From: a virus
IMG/VR virus record: IMGVR_UViG_3300033412_000010
Location: 3,346-67,345 of that record
DNA length: 64,000 nt
Reading direction: 5' to 3' (one strand)
The notes below the pieces were generated by a model, which searched no databases, had not been told where the DNA came from, and worked only from the letters and a program-made list of their open reading frames with translations. This document shows positions 37,720-46,670 of the stretch, one piece after another (positions within the stretch are counted from its first letter, which is position 1; every line of letters starts with the position of its first letter). A program made the position numbers and the translations under genes.

Positions 37720-37965
37720 ATGGAAACGTTCAATCTCGACAATGACGTTCTATCCGAAATCAGGGAAGCTCATCCTGAATGGTTCGCCAAACATTGGAAC
37801 AAGTTGCCGAAAGTGCAGTTCGCGATCTGGACCGGCGTCAGCATTCCGTCGAGCCTGGCTGATGAATTTCGCGGGTTTATTCCGCAAGAGCCGGTCAAGG
37901 CTGTCGAGAGAGAACCGAATGGCGCGGAAGCATATTACGGCTGCGGACGTTACAGCGGGGATTGA
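37720..37965 (+). CDS. small hypothetical protein
   Basis: METFNLDNDVLSEIRE...; own promoter and RBS. Confidence 0.65.
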   Translation: METFNLDNDVLSEIREAHPEWFAKHWNKLPKVQFAIWTGVSIPSSLADEFRGFIPQEPVKAVEREPNGAEAYYGCGRYSGD

Positions 37966-37978
37966 AAGGGGGGCGACG

Positions 37979-38248
37979 ATGCGAGTTGATAAAGTGCTGA
38001 ACGAGTCCGGCGATTTGAAGTCGCTCAAGATCGCAGACGGGAACGATGCTTTGACGATGGAGATTCAGAGGCATCGATGGGGTCCGCACGGTTATCTGAA
38101 GACGGCAGATGGGAACCAAACTTGGTGGCATGCGAGCTTGGGGGAGATCAATCTTTTGATCCTTCATGCCGAAAGGGCCGTTACGGTCGCTGAACTGATC
38201 GAGGATCTTGGCGAATGCGATGAAGTGCGGCTCGCCAATATGGCGTGA
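37979..38248 (+). CDS. hypothetical protein
   Basis: MRVDKVLNE...; AAGGGGG RBS. Confidence 0.6.
   Translation: MRVDKVLNESGDLKSLKIADGNDALTMEIQRHRWGPHGYLKTADGNQTWWHASLGEINLLILHAERAVTVAELIEDLGECDEVRLANMA
38157..38182 (+). promoter_or_regulatory. TGATCC-N16-CGTT motif upstream of csrA
   Basis: TGATCC 38157-38162, CGTT 38179-38182. Confidence 0.6.
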
Positions 38249-38316
38249 AATGTTTCGAAACGTCGCGGGCTTTGGCCGTCAAGGCCCGCATTTCTTCTCA
38301 CGGACGGGAGGTTGTC

Positions 38317-38577
38317 ATGCTGGTAATAACAAGGAAAACAGACGAAGGCGTTGTCATCGACAGAAACGTCACGGTCACGATCCTGGAGATTCGCGAAGAC
38401 AAGGTGCGAATCGGCATCGAAGCGCCTCGGGAGATCGGCGTTCACCGGTCGGAAGTCTGGGCGCAAATTCAGATGAAACAACGAGCGGCCGACAAGGCCA
38501 AGGAAACGATAAATCATGGGACTGAGCCCGAAGGAACAGGAGCGGATTGCCCAACAGATAATCCAGGTCGCGACTGA
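38317..38577 (+). CDS. csrA: carbon storage regulator CsrA/RsmA
   Basis: MLVITRKTDEGVVIDRNVTVTILEIREDKVRIGIEAPREIGVHRSEV signature. Confidence 0.92.
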   Translation: MLVITRKTDEGVVIDRNVTVTILEIREDKVRIGIEAPREIGVHRSEVWAQIQMKQRAADKAKETINHGTEPEGTGADCPTDNPGRD

Positions 38578-38860
38578 ACGAGCGGCGGCAAACGGAATGA
38601 AATTGGAAACTCTTGATCTGGAAGACAGGTTTTTCCGTTTAAGCCGTTCAAGGGCTGGGAAGCTGATTTGGTCGGTCGATTTGTGGCCGACGATGTTTGA
38701 CTGGTCGCGAGTCCGCTGGGATCCGTTCCACAAGGGCCCGATTCTGGCATTGCCGCGAACCTGGACAGTCCTGGACGCCGTCGATGCGATGATCGAGGCT
38801 GAAGGCCGACAAGCGAGCGAAGGCTGTCGCAAGCCTGCGGCGCGCCGATCGAAACAATGA
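38516..38860 (+). CDS. hypothetical protein
   Basis: 114-aa ORF overlapping the csrA 3' end. Confidence 0.55.
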   Translation: MGLSPKEQERIAQQIIQVATERAAANGMKLETLDLEDRFFRLSRSRAGKLIWSVDLWPTMFDWSRVRWDPFHKGPILALPRTWTVLDAVDAMIEAEGRQASEGCRKPAARRSKQ

Positions 38861-38872
38861 AGAGAGCAACGA

Positions 38873-39715
38873 ATGACCGCCGACTACCATTCCGATACAG
38901 ACTATATCAGCCGGTCTGATTTAGCGGTCTTCGCAACGTCAAGGCGTCAGTTCAAGCGGCGCCGAGACGCGAACATCAAGGACGACGACAAAGACGTCCT
39001 ACGCATCGGCAAAGGAACGCATGCGGTCGCCCTGAAAGACGCGATCGAGTTGAACAAGATCGTCCTGATTCCAGATTCAGCATTGAGCAGGTCAGGCCGG
39101 CGGTCCGGAAACGATTGGACTCGATTCAGGCTGAAAACGGAGAACCGCGGGAAAACGCTGCTTTTGCCGAAGCAGTGGGAACTTTGCCAGCAGATTGCAG
39201 ACTCGCTTCAGAAGATCGACATTGCGGAAACTGCAGACGGTCGCAAATTGAATCTGGAGCATCTTCTGGCCGATCCTCGTGCGGAGCGAGAATGCGAACA
39301 TCGGTGGGCCGACATCCTGCCATGTCGACTGAAGGCCGATCTGGTTTTAGAACTGCCTGATTCCGTGCTCTGTATTGATCTAAAGACGGCGTTTTCAGTC
39401 GACGAGCGGAAGTTCTGGAAGGAAGTCAGGGACCGCAAACTATGGCTCCAGGTCGCTCATTATTCGGCTGGCCTGGAGAACAAGTTTGGCAAACCAGTGA
39501 GGTTCATTTTCGTCGCGATTGAAAAGACCGGTTATCACGACGCGGATATTTTCGAACTGGATTCGGAAGCGGTCCAGATAGCAAAGCGAGGGCGGCTGAT
39601 GCTATTGGAACAGTTGAAGGAATGCTTGGAAACAGGCGCTTTCATTGATCCGCCCAAGGCCGAAGGAATCAAGATGTTGAGTCTGACGGCGGCCGATATG
39701 GGGATTGACATTTGA
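38873..39715 (+). CDS. PD-(D/E)XK exonuclease (RecE/DUF3799-like)
   Basis: DYHSDTDYISRS, GKGTH, CRLKAD, IDLKT, LQVAHY motifs. Confidence 0.85.
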   Translation: MTADYHSDTDYISRSDLAVFATSRRQFKRRRDANIKDDDKDVLRIGKGTHAVALKDAIELNKIVLIPDSALSRSGRRSGNDWTRFRLKTENRGKTLLLPKQWELCQQIADSLQKIDIAETADGRKLNLEHLLADPRAERECEHRWADILPCRLKADLVLELPDSVLCIDLKTAFSVDERKFWKEVRDRKLWLQVAHYSAGLENKFGKPVRFIFVAIEKTGYHDADIFELDSEAVQIAKRGRLMLLEQLKECLETGAFIDPPKAEGIKMLSLTAADMGIDI

Positions 39716-39738
39716 TCCAAGGTCGCCTCATTTGCGTT
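39713..39738 (+). promoter_or_regulatory. TGATCC-N16-CGTT motif
   Basis: Begins at the TGA stop of the upstream gene; CGTT 39735-39738. Confidence 0.7.
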
Positions 39739-39788
39739 TGAAATGTATGGGTTTATGACAAAGTCCTATTTTTGCGGGAGTTGAGATC

Positions 39789-40931
39789 ATGGCGGAAGAG
39801 CAGTTGAAATATGAGTTCGTCCCGTTCGGGGAGCAACGTCAGATCGTTCTGACTCCATCCCTGGTCAGTGACATCTTGGCTGTCCGGACCAAAAAAGGCC
39901 GGGGTCCGTCGAAAGCTGATGTGCGGATCTTCCTTGAACGATGCGCGGCGCAAAGTCTCAATCCGTATACAGGCGATGCGTTTTTGATCGGCTATGATAA
40001 CGACGACGAAACAGCGACGTTCAGCCTGATTACATCGCATCAGGCGCTCCTGAAGCGGGCCGAAACGCATCCGCAGTATGACGGTCTCGAATCAGGAGTC
40101 ATCGTGATTCGCCGTTCGGCGGCGCCGGGGGCCGGTTTGCGTGACTCGAAGCCGACGCCGGAAGAGATCGAGGCAGCGAAACTCACTGCGAAGCCAATCG
40201 CGGAGGAAGCGTTTCAGCGACCGGGAGAACTGATCTATTCCGACGAATCTCTGCTGGGCGCATGGTGCCGCGTCTATCGAAAGGATCGAACGCGACCTTC
40301 GATCGCCATCCTGAATTTCTCGGTTTACAATACTGGATACAGCCGATGGAAAAAGGATCCAGGGGGGATGATCGTCAAATGTGCCGAAGCTTCCGGCCTG
40401 CGTGAAGCGTTCGCAACGACAATGGGCGGACTTTATATCGCGCAGGAAATGGACGCTTTGCAGCATCAGACTTTGGGCCTGCCTGACAATCGGGTTGAAC
40501 AGGAACTGAATCGGATTGTGATCCCCTCGGCTAACAAAATGTCTGACGATCGGCGCGAGTTCGTTCCGGCATCGAACGTCCATGAAATGCCGAAGACGAT
40601 GCAACCTGCCGGAAACGGCTCTCAGTCGACCGATACAGGGCCGGGAAGTTCCGATACAGATCGGAAGTCAGCCGAATCCGCGGGGGCCGCAAAAGGCTCT
40701 GAGGGCGATTCGCAGGCTCCAAGCTCAACAATCGAACCGACGTATCCGGAAGAAATTCGAAACTTGCTCGATGCGATCAGCCGGGCAAAGTCTGAAATGT
40801 CGCTGCTGTCGATCAAGCAGGCATGGTTGCAGGTCAAAGCGAAGTTTCCCGACATGACCGAAGTCGTCGAAGGCGCTTGGGATCGGCGGTTGGCCTTTGT
40901 TCCCGGCCTCGGCGAGAAACTGAAGCCGTGA
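39789..40931 (+). CDS. bet: single-strand annealing recombinase (Bet/RecT family)
   Basis: CAAQSLNPY, QYDGLESG, GAWCRVYRKDR, W..DPGGMIVKCAEASGLREAF. Confidence 0.85.
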   Translation: MAEEQLKYEFVPFGEQRQIVLTPSLVSDILAVRTKKGRGPSKADVRIFLERCAAQSLNPYTGDAFLIGYDNDDETATFSLITSHQALLKRAETHPQYDGLESGVIVIRRSAAPGAGLRDSKPTPEEIEAAKLTAKPIAEEAFQRPGELIYSDESLLGAWCRVYRKDRTRPSIAILNFSVYNTGYSRWKKDPGGMIVKCAEASGLREAFATTMGGLYIAQEMDALQHQTLGLPDNRVEQELNRIVIPSANKMSDDRREFVPASNVHEMPKTMQPAGNGSQSTDTGPGSSDTDRKSAESAGAAKGSEGDSQAPSSTIEPTYPEEIRNLLDAISRAKSEMSLLSIKQAWLQVKAKFPDMTEVVEGAWDRRLAFVPGLGEKLKP

Positions 40932-41112
40932 CCGATCCGTATCGGAAACCAGCGAAGACCAGGTAGCCACTATTCTGCGCGGCAACGCCATTAAACCGTT
41001 TATCACAGCAGACTTATCGGAGAAGACCACTCCGATTAGATTTCGTGCCGTAAACCATTTGACAATGCGACCGACGATCGTTCAAATCTTGATCCGTGGA
41101 ACTGAGAATCCC

Positions 41113-41235
41113 GCGAGACGACAGCAATCAATGAAAGAGCCCCTTCCGGGGGCAGCGAAGTGAATGGAAGGCGTTGCTGTCTCGCTGACCATTCGGCAGT
41201 CTCTCAACTGCCCGCTCTCCCCGGAAGGGGCTTTT
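41113..41235 (+). promoter_or_regulatory. structured leader with interleaved stems (pseudoknot candidate)
   Basis: GCGAGAC(GAC)AGCAA / TTGCTGTCTCGC and GCCCCTTCCGGGG / CCCCGGAAGGGGC interleave; two nested hairpins. Confidence 0.6.
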
Positions 41236-41248
41236 GCATTGGGGCCAC

Positions 41249-42166
41249 ATGGCGGGCGATTGGATCAAGATTGAAAAGTCGACCGCGTTCAAGCCGGAAG
41301 TTTGGCGGGCCGCCGAGATTTTGAATATTCCCCCCGATCAGGTTTTGGGACTCTGCTTTCGATTCTGGTCATGGTGCGACGATCATCTGCGCGGCGGCGT
41401 TCTACCTGGAAGCGTGGCGATTCTTGACGGTGTTTTGGGGCATCCTGGATTCGCTTCCGCGCTTGTTCAAATTGGTTGGCTGCGTGACGATGGCGGAAAA
41501 CTTCGCATCCCGAACCATGATCGGCACATGGCAAACAGCGCGAAGTCACGCGCTTCCGACGCGCAACGAGCGAAAAGATATCGTGAACGTAAACGCAGTC
41601 CTGATACTGGAAGTGCGTCGACCGTCACGGAAAACGTCACACAGCGTCACGTGACGGAGCGTGACGGCGTCACGGATGCGTCACGAGGAGAAGAGAAGAG
41701 AAGAGAAGAGAAGAGAAGACAGGAAGAGAAAACGCCGATAGCTTCGTCGTTGGAAACGACTCAGCCGACTTCGCCGACGTACCTTCAATTTCCTGTCTCG
41801 GGAGCGCCACGAATTTGGGTGCTGACGATTGCTCAGATTGAAGAATGGCAGACGGTCTATCCCGACATCGATGTGAAGGCCGAAGCGCGAAAGGCGCTGG
41901 CCTGGATCAAAGCGAACCGACAGAAGACTGCCCGCGGCATGCCGAAGTTTTTGGTGTCGTGGCTTGGCAAGGCCACAAATGATTTGCGAGGTAATGGAAA
42001 TGCAAAAACCAACGGGACCGGAGCCAATCGCCGATACGCTCGAGACTTTATCTGCGAAAATCCTCTCGAATCCTCAGAAACAGATGCCGAAATCTTCGCC
42101 GCCGCAGAACGTGCTGCGATTGAGCGGCACAATCAGGAATCCGCCAACGGAATTCCGGGATCTTGA
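41249..42166 (+). CDS. phage replication initiator protein
   Basis: MAGDWIKIEK...; SRGEEKRREEKRR linker; C-domain QTVYPDIDVKAEARKALAWIKAN. Confidence 0.78.
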   Translation: MAGDWIKIEKSTAFKPEVWRAAEILNIPPDQVLGLCFRFWSWCDDHLRGGVLPGSVAILDGVLGHPGFASALVQIGWLRDDGGKLRIPNHDRHMANSAKSRASDAQRAKRYRERKRSPDTGSASTVTENVTQRHVTERDGVTDASRGEEKRREEKRRQEEKTPIASSLETTQPTSPTYLQFPVSGAPRIWVLTIAQIEEWQTVYPDIDVKAEARKALAWIKANRQKTARGMPKFLVSWLGKATNDLRGNGNAKTNGTGANRRYARDFICENPLESSETDAEIFAAAERAAIERHNQESANGIPGS

Positions 42167-42683
42167 GGAACGAGCGGATTGGCCTGGACGACTGGCAGTT
42201 CTCAAGCAAGGCTGCTGGCCGGTCTACTTTTGGGGTTCGGTCGGTACCGGGAAGAGCTATTCGGCGTCGCTGGCCTATTGCAAATTCCCTGGAACCGCGA
42301 AGTTCATGACATGGTGCGATTTCGCGAATGACGCTGCGGAACTGATGCAAAAGAAAGAAATTACGCGGTGGATCGGAGAGCGACCGATCGAGATTTCTTT
42401 CGTCAGCTTTTGGCGAGTGATCGAGACGATCGGGCTTTTGGTGATTGACGAAATCGGGACAGGTTCCGGCGTTGGCTGGAAGGCCGAAGATCGGAACGAA
42501 CTGCTTTGGAAAGTGCTGGGATTGCGTGCAGGAAAACCGTTCATACTGACGGGGAATATTGCGCCGGGAAATCTGGAATCGTACTTCGATCCTCGGATCT
42601 ACAGCCGGATTTGCCGCGGTCAGATGGTTCAATTCCTTGGAACGGATCAGAGAAAAATCGGATTGAAGTCTCGGGTCAAATGA
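42000..42683 (+). CDS. DnaC/IstB-like AAA+ helicase loader
   Basis: Walker A GSVGTGKS, Walker B LLVIDEIG, ILTGN, RIYSRI. Confidence 0.85.
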   Translation: MQKPTGPEPIADTLETLSAKILSNPQKQMPKSSPPQNVLRLSGTIRNPPTEFRDLEERADWPGRLAVLKQGCWPVYFWGSVGTGKSYSASLAYCKFPGTAKFMTWCDFANDAAELMQKKEITRWIGERPIEISFVSFWRVIETIGLLVIDEIGTGSGVGWKAEDRNELLWKVLGLRAGKPFILTGNIAPGNLESYFDPRIYSRICRGQMVQFLGTDQRKIGLKSRVK

Positions 42684-42706
42684 TCCGACAGGCCGATTTT
42701 TCCGTT
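42681..42706 (+). promoter_or_regulatory. TGATCC-N16-CGTT motif
   Basis: Begins at the TGA stop of the upstream gene; CGTT 42703-42706. Confidence 0.7.
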
Positions 42707-42749
42707 GCTGGTTAAATTGTCGGGAAGTCATTCAGAAAAAAGGGAGCGC

Positions 42750-43808
42750 ATGGCGAAGAAAAAATCGGTGTCAGGCAGACAGTCGGCAGCAAAACCAGCA
42801 GCGACGAAAAAAAAGACCGCCAAGAAAAAGGCAGCGGAGAAACCCGCGGCAAATGTCCCTGAAACCGAGTCGCGCGAACCGGCGCATCAGCCGCGCGACT
42901 TCGCGCCAGACGGTCGAAAATTGAGAATTCCCGTCACGAAATTCTGCAAGCCTGGCTATGAGATCTCCGAAGAAGGCGCGGAATCAGTTCAGATCAAGAT
43001 CAAAGTTCCAGACGGCGGCAGCGGCGGTGCAGGTTGTTCTGGCGATTCCGCCTTGGAATTCTTCGGCAGGAAACGACTTCGGATCCGATTCAGCCGGCGA
43101 GGTGTCGGCGAGTGGGGACAAGGCCAGATCGTCGAAGACGGCCCGGGTCAGATCTTCGATTGTGAAACCGAAGTCACATCATTCGGCTGGACGAATGGGG
43201 ACTTCCATTTCTCATTCTGGACAGATCAGATTTCCTTCGAATCTGCGAAGTCGATGTATCGCAAGGCCGGCTCGCTGGAAGTCGAAGTCTTGGGGGAACC
43301 GGTTTCCGGAGACGAGACAGAGGATCACAGCGCGTCCAACGGAGCGCCGAAGCGATGTCGACCGAAGAAGGCGGCAGTGGCATCGAAGGGCCCGACGCTT
43401 CCAGGGATGACGCCTGACGAGTTGTCGGAATCTCATTCTGTCGCGTTGACCGACAAGTTCCGAGTCGACGTTAAAATCATCGGGCTGCCTGAAGGCAAGT
43501 TTTCTTGCCAGTGGACCGGCGATGGACCTGCGGGCGAATGCGGCGAGGCGGAACCGTCTGTTCGAAGTTCGAGCGTTCAAGCCGTGATCTCGAGTATTGG
43601 CCGGGCTGTCGATCACTGGTTGACGTATCCCGGTGCTGAAGAGAGAAAGATTGTCGAACAGTTGCGTCACTGGTTGCACGAACTGGAAGCCGGAAAGACG
43701 CCGAACGTCATCGAATCGGAACTGGCGGACGAAGAACCTGACGACGATGACGAATTCGACGATGACGAATTCGATGGTGACGAATCTGACGACGACGGCG
43801 ACGAGTAG
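42750..43808 (+). CDS. hypothetical protein with Lys/Ala-rich N-tail and acidic C-tail
   Basis: MAKKK...KKKTAKKKAAEK start; DDDDEFDDDEFDGDESDDDGDE end; GGGAG RBS. Confidence 0.7.
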   Translation: MAKKKSVSGRQSAAKPAATKKKTAKKKAAEKPAANVPETESREPAHQPRDFAPDGRKLRIPVTKFCKPGYEISEEGAESVQIKIKVPDGGSGGAGCSGDSALEFFGRKRLRIRFSRRGVGEWGQGQIVEDGPGQIFDCETEVTSFGWTNGDFHFSFWTDQISFESAKSMYRKAGSLEVEVLGEPVSGDETEDHSASNGAPKRCRPKKAAVASKGPTLPGMTPDELSESHSVALTDKFRVDVKIIGLPEGKFSCQWTGDGPAGECGEAEPSVRSSSVQAVISSIGRAVDHWLTYPGAEERKIVEQLRHWLHELEAGKTPNVIESELADEEPDDDDEFDDDEFDGDESDDDGDE

Positions 43809-43816
43809 GGATTGCC

Positions 43817-44392
43817 ATGCCGGAAGAACTATTCATCGCGTTCACTGTCCGCGGCGTCGCGCAGCCGGCTGGCTCGAAGAATTCGTTCGTCCCAATGCAT
43901 AGAAGTTTCAAAACGCCGTTTTGGCGCGGCGTGAAAAGTTGTCGAACGTGCTTTGGTCGGACCAGCACGGAGCGCTGCCGAAAGTGCAATGCGCAGATTT
44001 TGGTGAACACGGTCGACAGTTGCAAAAAGTCTGGTCCCTGGAAAAAGTTCGTCAACGACACAGCAAAACTTGCGATGATCGAAGCTGGCCGGCAGGTTAT
44101 TGACTCAGAGACGGAAGGGCGAACAGGACTGATTCCGCTTCGGCTCATCGCACATTTTTATCAGACTCGACCGAAGAGTCATTTTCGGACCGGGAAGTTT
44201 GCGGACATTCTGCGCGATGACGCTCCGCAGTTCCCCACGGATGTTCCCGATTCGACTAAGCTACTTCGGGCAGTTGAGGACGGTTTGATCGGCGCCGTGT
44301 TCAAGGACGATTGCGCGATCGTTCGACAAACGGTCACGAAGGAATTCGGGGTTGAAGATCAGGTGAAAATAGAAATTTGGGTAATCAAGTGA
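43817..44392 (+). CDS. rusA: RusA-family Holliday junction resolvase
   Basis: AQPAGSK, PDSTKLLRAVEDGLIGAVFKDDCAIV motifs. Confidence 0.85.
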   Translation: MPEELFIAFTVRGVAQPAGSKNSFVPMHRSFKTPFWRGVKSCRTCFGRTSTERCRKCNAQILVNTVDSCKKSGPWKKFVNDTAKLAMIEAGRQVIDSETEGRTGLIPLRLIAHFYQTRPKSHFRTGKFADILRDDAPQFPTDVPDSTKLLRAVEDGLIGAVFKDDCAIVRQTVTKEFGVEDQVKIEIWVIK

Positions 44393-44415
44393 TCCGATCA
44401 TGTCGGTCGGACGTT
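44390..44415 (+). promoter_or_regulatory. TGATCC-N16-CGTT motif
   Basis: Begins at the TGA stop of rusA; CGTT 44412-44415. Confidence 0.7.
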
Positions 44416-44476
44416 GAAGTCGATGTCTCAATCTAAGGACTTGCAAATGTGGCAAACGTTTTTGAGTTGGATCACG

Positions 44477-45073
44477 ATGCACAAAACGGATCTTCAGCGG
44501 ATCCAGGACCAGTTGGTTGAACTGTTAAAAGAGATCGGGGCGACTGTCACGGATGAGCAGCAGGCGTCAAGACTCTCGGGCAAGGTGAAGTCGGTCATGA
44601 ACGACGTGGCGCAGGCCGGCTCGAACGCGGACACGTTCCACGGCGAGGCGAGGCGTGCGGCCGGCGATGAAAAGATCGGACCTGGCGAATCAGTCCACGA
44701 CGGAGAAACTGGCGAGACTGTCGGACCGAAGACAGGCATTGCCGGAGAAACGCAGTTCTTTGGTTCTGGAACAGGCGACGGGAAAGGCAGTGACTCAGGC
44801 AGCGGTTTCGTCACTGTCGAAAGCATCGAAGTCCAGGGCGGCGCAATTCGCAGTGGCGATGTCGTTTTGTCATCGTCCGACACGAAAATGACGGTCGAAG
44901 AAATCCGCACCAATGAGGCCGGTACAACGCTGGTCTGTTGCCGATGGTTCCAGGGTTCGGCGGTTGAAAATGGCTCATTCTCGCCGTCGTCATTGCGGAA
45001 GTTCAGCGAGCTTCCCGGCAGTCCGCCTGATAACGAATCTGGCTCGGTGCCGGCAGCAACGCCGTCAACTTGA
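44477..45073 (+). CDS. protein with C-terminal DUF2158/YodC-like domain
   Basis: GDVV.SSS..KMTV....VCCRWF....GSF...L pattern. Confidence 0.6.
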   Translation: MHKTDLQRIQDQLVELLKEIGATVTDEQQASRLSGKVKSVMNDVAQAGSNADTFHGEARRAAGDEKIGPGESVHDGETGETVGPKTGIAGETQFFGSGTGDGKGSDSGSGFVTVESIEVQGGAIRSGDVVLSSSDTKMTVEEIRTNEAGTTLVCCRWFQGSAVENGSFSPSSLRKFSELPGSPPDNESGSVPAATPST

Positions 45074-45121
45074 GAACACGGACGGGATCACGGAAGGCCA
45101 TAGGCGGTAGAACCGCAACCA

Positions 45122-45580
45122 ATGGCGGTCTGGACGGAACCGGGCCGCTTATTTTATTCAAGGGCTGAATCGATGCTGAATCGCAGCAAGACAAATGCGA
45201 GGCCTGGAGAAAATCTGACGCTTCGTAATAGTTACGCTCGGGCTCACGTCGCCTGCGAACTCGGTTGGTTCCTGCCGAAACATTTTGAGAGACACGCTGC
45301 CGCCGAGACACATCACATTTTCGGCGGGACATCAGGCAGGACGGATCTTGTGTCAAACCTGATTCGCGTCTCTTGGGAAAACCATGCTTGGTGTCACAAG
45401 TTCCCGGCTGATGGAAGGATCTGCTGCCTGTTCGTCAAGCACGAAAAAGGCGAACTTGATCCAGCCGAGTTTCAAGCGGCCAGCGGAATGATGCTGCCGG
45501 GCTGGCTATTGAAGGTCGATCGCGTCAGGAATGAATTCGTTCGGCCAATGCTTGAACGATTGAGAAGGCTCTATCCGTAA
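45122..45580 (+). CDS. HNH-like protein
   Basis: ETHHIFGG....DLVSNLIRVSWENHAWCH. Confidence 0.55.
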   Translation: MAVWTEPGRLFYSRAESMLNRSKTNARPGENLTLRNSYARAHVACELGWFLPKHFERHAAAETHHIFGGTSGRTDLVSNLIRVSWENHAWCHKFPADGRICCLFVKHEKGELDPAEFQAASGMMLPGWLLKVDRVRNEFVRPMLERLRRLYP

Positions 45581-45590
45581 GGGGAACGTC

Positions 45591-46670
45591 ATGGGCGAGT
45601 CAACCGGAATCAGTTGGGCAGACAGAACGAAGTCCGCATGGCACGGCTGCACGCATGCGATCCTGGACGACGGCACACAACATCCCGGGTGTGCCGCATG
45701 TTATGCAGAACTCGGCGCCGGGCGCAATCCTGGAACGCTCGGAGTGTGGGGGCCGGAAGGCACTCGGGTTCCTTCGAAGTCGTTCGAAAAAGACTGCCGT
45801 CAATGGCAGAAACAGGCGGCGAGCGAAGGGACAATCTTCACGGTCTTTCCTTCGATTCACGATCCGTTCGAAGATCGACAGGGATTGGAAGGACAGCGGA
45901 AAGAAATGTTCGGAGTGATCGACGACTGTCCGGACCTGCTGTTCCTATTGCTGACGAAACGACCGGGGAACATTCGGAAGATGACTCCAGTAAAGGGGCC
46001 GCAATTGTTCTGCGGTGAAAACGCCAATTCAATCGTCGGGCTTGATCGGGCCTATCGGCATAACGTCGCGCTCGGAACGTCAATCAGCGATCAGAAGACG
46101 GCTAACGAACTGGTGATGAAGCTCGTGCAATGCGGGGAGTTGACGCCGTTGCTGTTCGTCTCGGCAGAACCGCTCTTGGGTCCGATCGATCTGACAAGGA
46201 TTCCGAATGGCGTCGGAGAAACGTACAACGCGCTAACGGCAGAAGTAACGATCCGCCGTCGGGGAGAAGAACCGCATTCGTTCAAAACATCCGACACGAA
46301 GCCGATCGGTTGGGTCATCGTCGGCGGCGAGAGCACGGCCAAGGCGAGGCCATGTCATCCAGATTGGGTGAGAAGCCTGCGGAATCAATCGCAACGATGC
46401 GGGGTCGCGTTCCATTTCAAACAGTTTGGTGAATGGTTGCCAATCTCTCAGATCGACGGAACTGAGTTCGATGACTTCAATGGCCAATCAATTTCCTTGC
46501 GTCACGATGGGGCGGTGTTTGATCGATACGAACCGCATACGTTCTGCTGCTCGAATTGCAAGATCGAGGAATGCCTGAAGGTCGGAAAAGCAAAGGCCGG
46601 GAACCTGCTGGACGGAATCCGGTATGAGGAATTCCCGCAGTTGATCCTGAACCGAAAATCCAATGTCTGA
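45591..46670 (+). CDS. DUF5131 (phage Gp37/Gp68) family protein
   Basis: TGISWAD, GCAACYA, FLLLTKRPGN, FVSAEPLLGP, WVIVGGES, FHFKQFGEW. Confidence 0.88.
   Translation: MGESTGISWADRTKSAWHGCTHAILDDGTQHPGCAACYAELGAGRNPGTLGVWGPEGTRVPSKSFEKDCRQWQKQAASEGTIFTVFPSIHDPFEDRQGLEGQRKEMFGVIDDCPDLLFLLLTKRPGNIRKMTPVKGPQLFCGENANSIVGLDRAYRHNVALGTSISDQKTANELVMKLVQCGELTPLLFVSAEPLLGPIDLTRIPNGVGETYNALTAEVTIRRRGEEPHSFKTSDTKPIGWVIVGGESTAKARPCHPDWVRSLRNQSQRCGVAFHFKQFGEWLPISQIDGTEFDDFNGQSISLRHDGAVFDRYEPHTFCCSNCKIEECLKVGKAKAGNLLDGIRYEEFPQLILNRKSNV

Noticed and set aside
15174-41100. Other TGATCC sites (e.g. 15174, 16019, 41090) as promoter motif copies
   Set aside because: They lack CGTT at 15-16 nt spacing and were not counted.
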